64,000 nucleotides of DNA from Candidatus Poribacteria bacterium. GTDB taxonomy: Bacteria > Poribacteria > WGA-4E > WGA-3G. The notes under the pieces are model-generated. The model was given only the letters and a program-made list of their open reading frames with translations, was not told where the DNA came from and did no database searches. Positions 51,376 to 60,298 of the stretch are shown in pieces. Where the stretch lies: assembly GCA_965214095.1 (NCBI GenBank), contig OZ243938.1:3136001-3200000 (forward strand), written 5' to 3'. Numbering within the stretch: the first letter of the stretch is position 1; every line of letters starts with the position of its first letter. The position numbers were made by a program, and so were the translations under genes.

Positions 51376-52929
51376 TTACTTGCGATGCGATTTCAATGAT
51401 CCCCATGTTACCGTAAGCTTTCTATACGGATCTACTGAAATCGGACTCTTTGTATCAAGCCTTTCCGGGTCATCCGGCTTGATCCCAAGATCAGAATTTT
51501 TATTTTCAGTTAAAAGGTAATTGACGATCAATTCAGCAACAACTCTCCCCTTAGGGTTTATCTCGTTGAATGTCTGATACACGATCCCAATCCTTCCTAG
51601 ATTGCCATCTCGCACAATAACAGGATCTGCTCTGGTGCCATTTATATCGCCTGAGTTACTTGCAAGAATCTTTTCTGCAAACCAGTTACCGGCAAGTTTG
51701 TCGAGCTGAAATGCTCGATCCGTCTTAAAATCTGTAAGAGTTGGAGTGATTACTTTGCCATCTGTTGTAACAATCATCGGAACATTCGCTTCTCGTTGAT
51801 TGCCGATATCCCACATTAGCATATCTGGTGTATCCATAATATCTTGCAGTGTTTTGACACCTGCATGACCTACATAGCCAAAATAATCACCGTGATTGAT
51901 AATTGTATTTCCATCAGTTGTCTCAATCCACTTCTCTGCGACCGAACCGTCAATATTATTCAATGCATAGATAGAAGACGGTAAAGCACCATATGTTATC
52001 AAGATATCCGTTTTACTATCTGAGGATGTTTTGAGCATCCATTCTCTAACTTGATCTACATTTTTTGTGATTTCACATTGAACATTTGCTGATAAAAGCA
52101 GATCTTTCGCAATTCGAGATTGCTCGTCTGCGTCTGCGAATGTTACCCAGCTAGTAGATCCTGTATATATCACAGTCTGTATATTATCATCAAGCTCGAC
52201 GAACTTTTCTCTCAAATCAATCTTTCTAAAAATTGGTCGACTATTAAGCACAGCTGCCTCGAAATCAAGTATCCTCATTCTATCGCCCCAATCAGCAGTT
52301 GTTTTACCCCAAGCAATAATAGCTCCATTGAAAGTTTCCTGCGTACCGTTATGTCCTGGATCCAATCCAAATGCATGTCCTAATTCATGAGCAAGCACAG
52401 CAAGGTGATGATTAGGAAACGAAAATTGCCTGTCCATAGTTTCAAGAGCATTGCCGCCTTGTTTTCCTCCATGCCATGTGAAGCCCATCGCTGGAGCTCC
52501 GCGCCAATCTCCGTCGAATTTCAATCCACCTAGAATGACGAGATGCACATTGTTACGCGAATCTATATTCGTCGTATTGTTGAATTGAAATGGGAGTTCA
52601 GGTTCAAGCTTCTTGAATACATCGAGCGACGAATTCGCTCCATAGTGACCATGAACATCATAAAAAGCACTGTCGTTCTTTCCTTCTATAGTATGAATTT
52701 TCACCTTACCGTCATCATCAAGTTCAAGCGGAAATGTGAGCCCTTCGTATCCATGTCGTGTCATTTCTGCTTGGTAGTACTTCTGGATGTCTTTGAGAGC
52801 TAGATCATAGTAATCAATATCGATCTCTCCAGCATCCGTCGGTTTGAAGTAAATAATATGAACATCAAAATTTGCGTTTGCAATCATGGCAAACATCATA
52901 AATATCAATATCAAGACCAATCGTTTCAT
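51376..52929 (-). CDS. Secreted zincin metalloprotease-like protein with C-terminal KLTVTWGSLK motif
   Basis: Signal peptide; IIYFKPTD; HELGHAFGLDPGH; GGAGG RBS. Confidence 0.8.
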   Translation of the reverse strand: MKRLVLILIFMMFAMIANANFDVHIIYFKPTDAGEIDIDYYDLALKDIQKYYQAEMTRHGYEGLTFPLELDDDGKVKIHTIEGKNDSAFYDVHGHYGANSSLDVFKKLEPELPFQFNNTTNIDSRNNVHLVILGGLKFDGDWRGAPAMGFTWHGGKQGGNALETMDRQFSFPNHHLAVLAHELGHAFGLDPGHNGTQETFNGAIIAWGKTTADWGDRMRILDFEAAVLNSRPIFRKIDLREKFVELDDNIQTVIYTGSTSWVTFADADEQSRIAKDLLLSANVQCEITKNVDQVREWMLKTSSDSKTDILITYGALPSSIYALNNIDGSVAEKWIETTDGNTIINHGDYFGYVGHAGVKTLQDIMDTPDMLMWDIGNQREANVPMIVTTDGKVITPTLTDFKTDRAFQLDKLAGNWFAEKILASNSGDINGTRADPVIVRDGNLGRIGIVYQTFNEINPKGRVVAELIVNYLLTENKNSDLGIKPDDPERLDTKSPISVDPYRKLTVTWGSLKSHRK

Positions 52930-53026
52930 TAGTCCTCCTCTGTTTGTTGTCATTTGTAATGTAACGACGGACGTTTTCCTATATCGAATCCTTCTGCTAT
53001 CTCACTTGTCTCTTTCAATATGTCAA

Positions 53027-53063
53027 GTTTAACTTCCCTTCAAGCCGGAAGGATCATTCAAAC
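53027..53063 (-). CRISPR. Solitary diverged CRISPR repeat
   Basis: Minus strand GTTTGAATGATCCTTCCGGCTTGAAGGGAAGTTAAAC, 37 bp, 28/37 identical to array repeat 1, CCTTC/GAAGG stem intact. Confidence 0.85.
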
Positions 53064-53190
53064 AGCACCCCTTGCGAAGCCGCTCACAGTGAGGGCTAAA
53101 TTGACTGATTTCAAACGCGACGATTTTCAGCACATTTTCAACCATCAAAATTTCACTAAATTGCCGCTGAACCCGAATGAACACTGAAAC
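53064..53190 (-). promoter_or_regulatory. Second CRISPR leader copy
   Basis: Colinear with 48569-48695; both end TTCGCAAGGGGTGCT at the repeat. Confidence 0.85.
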
Positions 53191-53396
53191 GGACTCGATT
53201 TTTTGGTTTTATTCCGACGCAATATATTACATTTTTGCAGATCTGATGACGGGCATGTTCTCGCACTCCATCGGAGTGCTATGTGTGATTATCTCACATA
53301 CCGCTCCGCTGAAACAAAGACGGTGTTTTGAGTCACGTCGGAACTGCTCTTCGTTCAAGTGAATCCCGGTGATGAACCAATTTCTTGTATTCGAAC

Positions 53397-54164
53397 TCAC
53401 GCTGGATAACCTTCAGCGGGTGGACTGATGGTACGCGTTCTATCTGTCCCTGAAACTATACCTATATTTGCTGCGACATTTCCGGGGTTATTATCAAAAT
53501 CAACTATGATCCGCCGACGTCGTGATATTTCACCTTCAACAGGTGTGACGCGAACTACAGACGCATAGACTAAACGTCCCTGCCTATTTATAGTTAGCTG
53601 CGATGGATTTCCTATTTCATAGTTTGGGAACTCATAGCCTTTTTTTAGAGTGAATTTACCGAGAGATTGAATTGGCAGATACCTTTGAAGTTGTGCTTGG
53701 TCGACCATTATACCAGTATCGGAATTTGGTATGATTGGTAACGGATCAATGGTAATGCGTAAATCTGATGACAAGCGATGTGTGCCTTCCTGTCGTAATA
53801 TATCTTCATCCAATTCCGCTCTGAATGCCTCGCGTATAAGAGTCCGAAATTCACTTGAGTAGTTCTGAGATTTAGGGATAACAACCCAATCATATCCATC
53901 ATTCAACCTTATAGCCAAATCGGTAATTGGAGCTGGGATTGCACGGAGTCTCCAACGCAGTATACCCGCAATAAAGTCACCGGTGTTTTCTGAATTTTCA
54001 CTTCTTAAGATATCGATACCAAGTTTCTCTATAATAACCGTTGGGACCTGTTCTACATCCTGAATAGAAGAGATACCACCATCATCTACGACAACATCTC
54101 CCCCGCACGCAGAGATGCAGAACAGAACTGTGAAGAATATGAAAATAAGTTTGTTGTTTTTCAT
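53397..54164 (-). CDS. Lipoprotein of unknown function, possibly C-terminally truncated
   Basis: Lipobox ISAC; ends in an Ig-like-looking segment. Confidence 0.65.
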   Translation of the reverse strand: MKNNKLIFIFFTVLFCISACGGDVVVDDGGISSIQDVEQVPTVIIEKLGIDILRSENSENTGDFIAGILRWRLRAIPAPITDLAIRLNDGYDWVVIPKSQNYSSEFRTLIREAFRAELDEDILRQEGTHRLSSDLRITIDPLPIIPNSDTGIMVDQAQLQRYLPIQSLGKFTLKKGYEFPNYEIGNPSQLTINRQGRLVYASVVRVTPVEGEISRRRRIIVDFDNNPGNVAANIGIVSGTDRTRTISPPAEGYPA

Positions 54165-54273
54165 AGGTTGTTATATATGTGTCAATTTAGGAGTCAGATT
54201 TCGGATAATTCACATTCTGTAGGAGCGATCTACGCATCGCGATATTGAAAATAATGGGAATCGGAATTCCCGC

Positions 54274-55476
54274 CTACAGACCTAATTCGTTTTTGACAAA
54301 ATCTTCACATTTCTTGAAGAGTTCTTTTATTTCACTGATCGCCTCTTCTGCTTTTTTAGGATTGTTTCGCATACCACAATGTGCAAAGTCGTTTCGGATA
54401 GCAAAACATTTATTCCATAATTCTATGACCTTATTGTCCGTAGCCAAGGGGGCAAGTTGAGTCGCGATTTGAGAATTTTGCTGTTGTGTGCGTTTTCCCA
54501 ATCCACTTTCCACTCTTGATCTTTTTTCCGAACTTAACCAATGTCCATTATTATCTTGTTGACATTTGTAAGAGATTAACCATTCACGCATCAAGGTAAT
54601 CGCTTGCAGATAATGTTGATTATCCATATACCATTTAATTTGCTGAAATTGTGCCTTAAGGCTATTTTTCGGATTATCAGATGGATTATTTACTGCCATA
54701 CTCTGATAACTCTGCTTTAACTGATCTACTAACATTTGGAAAGGGGGTTGTTGCGTATCATCAGATGGCACATCGTTAAATGTCATGGCTGCTTCCTGCG
54801 CTTCACGGTTAAATGTCATGGCTGCTTCCTGTGCTTCAAGCGTTCGGTTTGTCAGAAGTGCATCAGATAAACTATTCAGTGCTGCCTTCATACCTGGGTC
54901 AACATTCAAAGAGGCAATAGAACGCGCATCCCCATAGTTTTGGAATACATTCACAGCATTCATCCAATCAAGGAGTTCTACGAATGGAGTTAGATCGAAA
55001 ATAGGTGTCTCATTTTTTTCTGAATTGCGTGCTTCAAAAGCTCCATAGATGATATGTTTGAGTTTGATATTTTTGACTTGGCGAAGGTATGCTGCAACGA
55101 TGAAGATGAGTAGCGGAATTGAGCGGAATGCATGAGTAATATCAAGGACAATTTCCACCTCAGAATTATATTCATCGTCTTTGAATACATTTATACAGTT
55201 GTTAAAAATCTCCCATAGTTCTGTGGGTGAATTTCCATTCGGGATATTCTGAGTAGTAAATTTGTCATCATATTTATTTCTTAACTTTTCCAAATCATTT
55301 TCTTTCGTTTCCACCACTCTTCCTGTTGTAAAGGCAATAATTTTATCTGGTTTATAGAGCTCAGCAACAGCAATTGGAAATAAATTTGTTGTTATAGTCT
55401 GACTCTCGTCATCATGCTTGATATAGGTTGTTTCCTTGTAATCCCCGGTTCCAAGGAAGGTGAGTGCTATTAACAT
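54274..55476 (-). CDS. csx1: Csx1/TM1812-family CARF-HEPN ribonuclease
   Basis: TFLGTGDY, LDITHAFRSIP, IIYGAFE, FDLTPF; HEPN RNDFAH. Confidence 0.9.
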   Translation of the reverse strand: MLIALTFLGTGDYKETTYIKHDDESQTITTNLFPIAVAELYKPDKIIAFTTGRVVETKENDLEKLRNKYDDKFTTQNIPNGNSPTELWEIFNNCINVFKDDEYNSEVEIVLDITHAFRSIPLLIFIVAAYLRQVKNIKLKHIIYGAFEARNSEKNETPIFDLTPFVELLDWMNAVNVFQNYGDARSIASLNVDPGMKAALNSLSDALLTNRTLEAQEAAMTFNREAQEAAMTFNDVPSDDTQQPPFQMLVDQLKQSYQSMAVNNPSDNPKNSLKAQFQQIKWYMDNQHYLQAITLMREWLISYKCQQDNNGHWLSSEKRSRVESGLGKRTQQQNSQIATQLAPLATDNKVIELWNKCFAIRNDFAHCGMRNNPKKAEEAISEIKELFKKCEDFVKNELGL

Positions 55477-55823
55477 ATTGCTTCTCCTTCTTCTAAAGGT
55501 TGCCAATCACACCTAAAGAATTCAAAATCATCAGTTGATAGTTGAAGTGTCTCTATATCCGCAGGATTTGCCACCCGTTGACGCAGTTTCACGATGAGCA
55601 TTGTGTCGCCAGGTGTTAATGTTGCCTGTTCTCGTGATACGTCAACGGTAACACCAGTAATCTGCTCAATCAAACCTGCTGTTTCGGTATAACCGATGTA
55701 GCTTCTGAAGTTGTTTGTTTTCGCTGCATCCTGAAGCATGTTTTTGAATGTATCTGCGGGAATTTGTTTTAGTGTGTACACACCTTCATTGGGCATGACT
55801 GCGGAATTGAGTAATAAAATCAT
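55470..55823 (-). CDS. DUF1874 (AcrIII-1/Crn2-like) ring-nuclease-family protein
   Basis: LLNSAVMP..G.Y, SYIGYTETAGLIEQITG, SRE..TLTPGD..LIVKL..R; overlaps the csx1 start. Confidence 0.75.
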   Translation of the reverse strand: MILLLNSAVMPNEGVYTLKQIPADTFKNMLQDAAKTNNFRSYIGYTETAGLIEQITGVTVDVSREQATLTPGDTMLIVKLRQRVANPADIETLQLSTDDFEFFRCDWQPLEEGEAIC

Positions 55824-55844
55824 AAATCCTCATGCAAATATATT

Positions 55845-56480
55845 TCACGGAATAACTTTTGTTATGTTTTCGCTTTCATTAACTGCCATTACTTTCAATT
55901 TCACCTTTGCACCAACTTGTCCTGGATAATAAGGACGTTCAAAAATAAGTTCTTCTTTGTTATCAGTTTGCATCTGTACTTTCACTTTAATCCCAACTTT
56001 CTCTAGTATGATCGCATCGTATTTTTTACCGACTTGGATTTTCGGTTTTTCAACTTCTTCTTTCAGAAATGACGATTGTTTAGCGGGTTGTTCCTGTGTC
56101 TGCTTTTGTTCTTGTGGAACTTGCTCCTCAACGGCACGTTTCGGTTCTTTACTATAGTAATACATCAATCGTCTACACCAGCCGAGGATGAGCATAAGTT
56201 CGTCCAGATCATTGATCTCTTTGAGATGTTTAACACAAGACTCTTGAATATTTACGAGATATTCTGGTGTAGCATTACTACGACTAAATGCGTCATTACT
56301 ATTCGCCATCCGTTGAAGCAATGTCCAGAATGAATCTATTGTGTTGTCAGTCTTTTGATAACGTCGCATGAACGCAACTACTTTGCCAAATTCGTTCACA
56401 TCTGTATTACTGTCATGCAGAGCAGAAGAAAGATCGTGAGCGATTTTCCACTGATTGTCATTGATCTGTTCTGTTTGCAT
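55845..56480 (-). CDS. Uncharacterised type III-D-associated protein (helical domain plus small C-terminal beta domain)
   Basis: GGAGG RBS; TDVNEFGK..LGWCRRLMYYY; directly follows the last RAMP gene. Confidence 0.7.
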   Translation of the reverse strand: MQTEQINDNQWKIAHDLSSALHDSNTDVNEFGKVVAFMRRYQKTDNTIDSFWTLLQRMANSNDAFSRSNATPEYLVNIQESCVKHLKEINDLDELMLILGWCRRLMYYYSKEPKRAVEEQVPQEQKQTQEQPAKQSSFLKEEVEKPKIQVGKKYDAIILEKVGIKVKVQMQTDNKEELIFERPYYPGQVGAKVKLKVMAVNESENITKVIP

Positions 56481-56490
56481 AATTTCCTCC

Positions 56491-57510
56491 TTAGTATGTC
56501 CAAGGTGGTTGTGGACACTGTCGGTCATTGGGATGTGTAAGGATATCAGCAAGCATCTCTAATAAATCCTGCTGTATTAGCGAACTATTTGCCTTAGTAA
56601 TACAATCTTTCACCCAATCATTTTTCACACTATCTTTTTTAACCTCGACTCTTTCATAATCCCAATCAAGGTATCGTTCATCTGTCTGTTTATCAATATA
56701 TATTTTATCAATCTGGATATCAACTGAACCGTAACATACCGGCTTTGCACCACCGATTTTGAGTTTAAATTGATAATCAGAATGAAGTCCGATTGATGTG
56801 AAAAACAACCCTAATTCTTCTTTTGATAGGTTATTGAACTTTACGGTGAATCGGAATTTTGAGCCAACATCACAAGCTTCAATTGGGGTTTTACCTACTC
56901 CCAGATTTCCGTGCATATAAAACCGACGCATCGGCAGATTTTTCACTTTGTCTTTTTGATAACGTTGTGGTGGATATAGCGGCGGGATCAACTTCGTTAC
57001 GATTTCACCTTCATCTAATGGAGCGTCTTGAATAGAGACATTTCCTTGAAACCCCATTGCACCAAAGATTCGACATGCCACACACACATAGTCTTTTTTG
57101 TTACATTCATAAAAATCATTATTTTTTCTCGGAAATGCTTTGCGAACAGCACCTTTCGTTTTGGAAATGCAGCTTTTAGAAATAGCCTCAACAACACTAC
57201 GAATTGCACCTTTGAGTGAACTACCGGGTATAATAACCTTGTCCCCTGTACGCACCGCTGTTTTGATTAGATTTACGCTTTGGTCAGTGATTCCTACATT
57301 CTCAGCAAGGTCAATAATGCCGCTGCCAATGTGAATTGGCGACAATGCTTCAATCGTTCCGATGATCTGTCCAGATATGCAGTTATTGTGATAACGATGA
57401 TGTCCTGTCGGTGATTTTCTGGTCACCTTATCAGGTAGCGGTATGTATGCATAAGGTTTAGGGGCGATATTCTGGTTTCTTCTTCCACCTCTGCGTTGGT
57501 ATTGTCCCAT
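56491..57510 (-). CDS. Cas7-group RAMP (terminal III-D Csm3-like)
   Basis: PKPYAYIPL, IPGSSLKGAIRS, CVACRIFG, KIGGAKPVCYGSV. Confidence 0.9.
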   Translation of the reverse strand: MGQYQRRGGRRNQNIAPKPYAYIPLPDKVTRKSPTGHHRYHNNCISGQIIGTIEALSPIHIGSGIIDLAENVGITDQSVNLIKTAVRTGDKVIIPGSSLKGAIRSVVEAISKSCISKTKGAVRKAFPRKNNDFYECNKKDYVCVACRIFGAMGFQGNVSIQDAPLDEGEIVTKLIPPLYPPQRYQKDKVKNLPMRRFYMHGNLGVGKTPIEACDVGSKFRFTVKFNNLSKEELGLFFTSIGLHSDYQFKLKIGGAKPVCYGSVDIQIDKIYIDKQTDERYLDWDYERVEVKKDSVKNDWVKDCITKANSSLIQQDLLEMLADILTHPNDRQCPQPPWTY

Positions 57511-57513
57511 GTT

Positions 57514-58008
57514 TTATACTCCTTTATTACCTATAAACTCGGTGTATCGCGTAAAACGGATCGTTTGTGATTTTTGTTCTTTGTATTGGATAACCTTGAC
57601 ACATGGATATTGACACCAATCCATCGGATAGTCAAATTTTCGGGGTATACGTGTGTCTCGCCACGGTTTTGTTTCACCACCACCGAGTAGATGGACATCT
57701 TGGGGATGAGTCATCTCCCATTCACCTTGTTCAGTAAAACCTTCCGGTAGGGTGTCTTCAGATAGCCAAAGTAAAGTGTAACCGGTGTTGGTCTTTTGCC
57801 ATCGAAGTTCGGCTTGCCTCCCAAATAGCCTGCCGTGTGTGAACTTCTCAATCTTGGTAGTGTCTGGTGTGCCTTCTGTCCAATCGGTGATTTTATTAGG
57901 TTTTTGAAGTAAATAGTATTTAGTCTCACCAAATTGGAGTCGTGTGAATAGGTCATTGAGTGCAGACACATCAACTACCTGTGTTGTGGCGACGATTGCT
58001 TTTCTCAT
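57514..58008 (-). CDS. csx19: Csx19-like type III-D subunit
   Basis: GRLFGRQAELRW, RIPRKFDYP; position between Cas7 genes. Confidence 0.75.
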   Translation of the reverse strand: MRKAIVATTQVVDVSALNDLFTRLQFGETKYYLLQKPNKITDWTEGTPDTTKIEKFTHGRLFGRQAELRWQKTNTGYTLLWLSEDTLPEGFTEQGEWEMTHPQDVHLLGGGETKPWRDTRIPRKFDYPMDWCQYPCVKVIQYKEQKSQTIRFTRYTEFIGNKGV

Positions 58009-58012
58009 GTTA

Positions 58013-59011
58013 CTAATTCCTTTCAACGATGTCACGCCATGAACCGACACATCCACGCCATAATCCTGAGATGTCACCCTCATCTTCAAATGTCAATGTT
58101 GCACCGAGTCCGTAAGCATCCTGTTGTGCTTCGACTCCCTCCACTTCGACGGTATCAGACCCTGGAAATCCATAGGCATCTGCATCGTTGACAAGTTTTC
58201 CAGCACCTGCAACGACGTTCTTGTTGAAGGGATCAACAGGATTTCCAATCATACGGAGCTGTCCGTTTTCTACAACGGCAGTCGGATAGTGGATTTCAAC
58301 TTTATTGACTTTCATGTTAACTTGTCCTAAACCGCGCGATTTTGCAAAACCGATACCGATTCGTTGTTCGTCAAAATCACGGATTGCCAGTGCGATGAGA
58401 GCGAGTTGTGCGGTCGTGAAGTTTTTTACATGGATCTTTGTTTTGAACTCACCTGTTGTGATTACCTCAAAATTGAAAGGACCGACAGCGACTGAACCAA
58501 AAACACGGTCAATTGCAACACCATTACGTTCTTCACGACGGATCGCATTAGGGTTGATTGGATATGCATCGTCAATGCGAGTACGTGATGCTATCACCGT
58601 GTTGCCGAAAAGACGACAGACATTGCAAGATAATCTATGAAATTCCGATCCTGTGTATTCAGATTTATTCGCTTTTTTCCGTGCTTTACTCTCATCATCT
58701 ATCTTCTTACTGCAAGACAAATCAAGCGGATTATTCTCTTTATTTCTTAGTGGGTTACATGTCCATATTCCATTGACTACTGGTCGTTCGTTCCCAAGTG
58801 TTCTGACAATACGTTCACAATGTGCGCGGATTGCACCTTTTAGAGAGGAACCGGGTAGATAAACGCTTCTATCGCCACCATAGTACGTCTCCACGAACTC
58901 CATATCAGGCTTTGTTGGGTCTGCCCCTTGGTCGCTCGCTTTGATGAGCAGTGGTCCGACGGGAGAGATTGTTATTTCAATTTTCGCTTGATTAACCATC
59001 CGTTTGTGCAT
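58013..59011 (-). CDS. Cas7-group RAMP (Csm3-like)
   Basis: YLPGSSLKGAIRA, CRLFG, RNGVAIDR, GFAKSRGLG. Confidence 0.92.
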   Translation of the reverse strand: MHKRMVNQAKIEITISPVGPLLIKASDQGADPTKPDMEFVETYYGGDRSVYLPGSSLKGAIRAHCERIVRTLGNERPVVNGIWTCNPLRNKENNPLDLSCSKKIDDESKARKKANKSEYTGSEFHRLSCNVCRLFGNTVIASRTRIDDAYPINPNAIRREERNGVAIDRVFGSVAVGPFNFEVITTGEFKTKIHVKNFTTAQLALIALAIRDFDEQRIGIGFAKSRGLGQVNMKVNKVEIHYPTAVVENGQLRMIGNPVDPFNKNVVAGAGKLVNDADAYGFPGSDTVEVEGVEAQQDAYGLGATLTFEDEGDISGLWRGCVGSWRDIVERN

Positions 59012-59822
59012 CTGTTCCCTCCAATTCTACTTCTATTCTATCTTTGAATGCCTTTATCCACGATTCCCAGTTTGCATCATCGCCTTTATCGTCTTTGGTA
59101 AGATAATCTATTATCTTTGTCTTGCCAATGTATTGTGCGGAGTCCAACGTTAGGGTGATAGCACCGAGTCCACGACTACTTGCGCCGCCGATAGTCAAGT
59201 CGCCTTTTTCAAAAGCAGATAACCCCAAGTATAGCATACCGAGCTGCCAATCTGTGGCGTTGTCAACGATTGCATGGAAATCAAACGGGGTGCCTGCGGG
59301 GACAACTTCAAAATCGTAAAGGTGACCGCTAACAGCGGTTTCAGTATCACGATCAATTGCAACACCATCCCTTTGTTGATACTGACCGAACCACTGATCT
59401 TTTTCAACGTAAAGGTCTCGGATTTGAAGTTTTGAGGCATACCACAAAGAACCAAAGAGTTTGCAGACCCAACATGTTTTGCTAAGCAGTGTCGAATTAT
59501 ACTTTTCCTCGTTCCAATTGTTATCGTCACGATCATCACGAATTGTTTTCATTTCATCTCTTGTGATACACTGTTTATCATTGTTCGTCGGGTTGCAGAC
59601 GACTTTTTTATCATCAGCAAAACTTCGGAGGATACTCTCTACATAAGACCTTAGCACACCTTTGAAACTTGAGCCAGGGATATAGGGAGCACCTTCAGCA
59701 TCTCGCACAACAGGCAAGTCTGAACCGATAACCGCAGTTGAACGTCCTGCACCGACACGGATTGCTGTCTGTGTTTCCACCGTGCCTTTCAGGTTGAGTC
59801 GGGATTGGAATCTGTCAAACAT
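58992..59822 (-). CDS. Cas7-group RAMP (Csm3-like)
   Basis: PYIPGSSFKGVLRS, CKLFGS, RDGVAIDRDT, IGGASSRGLG. Confidence 0.92.
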   Translation of the reverse strand: MFDRFQSRLNLKGTVETQTAIRVGAGRSTAVIGSDLPVVRDAEGAPYIPGSSFKGVLRSYVESILRSFADDKKVVCNPTNNDKQCITRDEMKTIRDDRDDNNWNEEKYNSTLLSKTCWVCKLFGSLWYASKLQIRDLYVEKDQWFGQYQQRDGVAIDRDTETAVSGHLYDFEVVPAGTPFDFHAIVDNATDWQLGMLYLGLSAFEKGDLTIGGASSRGLGAITLTLDSAQYIGKTKIIDYLTKDDKGDDANWESWIKAFKDRIEVELEGTDAQTDG

Positions 59823-60298
59823 TAGTTGCTACCCCCATCCTTCGCCAGATATGCCTGATACCGAGCAAGGTTCCCTAAGTAAAGCTGCATGAGTCGGAGA
59901 TGAACTTTCTGAATCTGATCTTTGTCCGGTTCTTTATCTTGATCAGTGGCTATAGAACTGACGATTTGCTTAGCATCAGTGGATAATGCATCAATCTTTT
60001 TGACTAATGCGGTAGCGAAAGTTGTATCGCCGCCAGCAGTATCTTGCCACATCCGATTTGCACCTCTCCGACCAAGTTGATAACGGATATAGTTTTTGGT
60101 GACTTCAATGCCACTTCCAGGGTCTGTTGCAACGTTCAAAACATTGCGGAAAGGAGATCTCTCTTTAACATTTTCGAGCTTATAACTTTTTGAGAAGGTC
60201 TGCATCTTTGGAATGATTTCTTCCATCTGCAAACTGATTGCGCGTTCTATTCTTAGATTGGTCTGTCTTTCAGTGGTATTTTTATCTGCTTGACTCAT
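59822..60298 (-). CDS. Cas11/Csm2-like small subunit
   Basis: Small helical protein, NYIRYQLGR, LYLGNLAR; position in operon. Confidence 0.78.
   Translation of the reverse strand: MSQADKNTTERQTNLRIERAISLQMEEIIPKMQTFSKSYKLENVKERSPFRNVLNVATDPGSGIEVTKNYIRYQLGRRGANRMWQDTAGGDTTFATALVKKIDALSTDAKQIVSSIATDQDKEPDKDQIQKVHLRLMQLYLGNLARYQAYLAKDGGSN

Noticed and set aside
53310-53400. Possible decayed cas2 remnant upstream of the second leader (IHLNEEQF versus AHLNRKQY)
   Set aside because: Similarity too short to distinguish from chance without an alignment
51376-54164. Metalloprotease and lipoprotein as cOA-activated type III effectors
   Set aside because: Both have export signals and no CARF/SAVED-like domain that I can see; more likely inserted passengers
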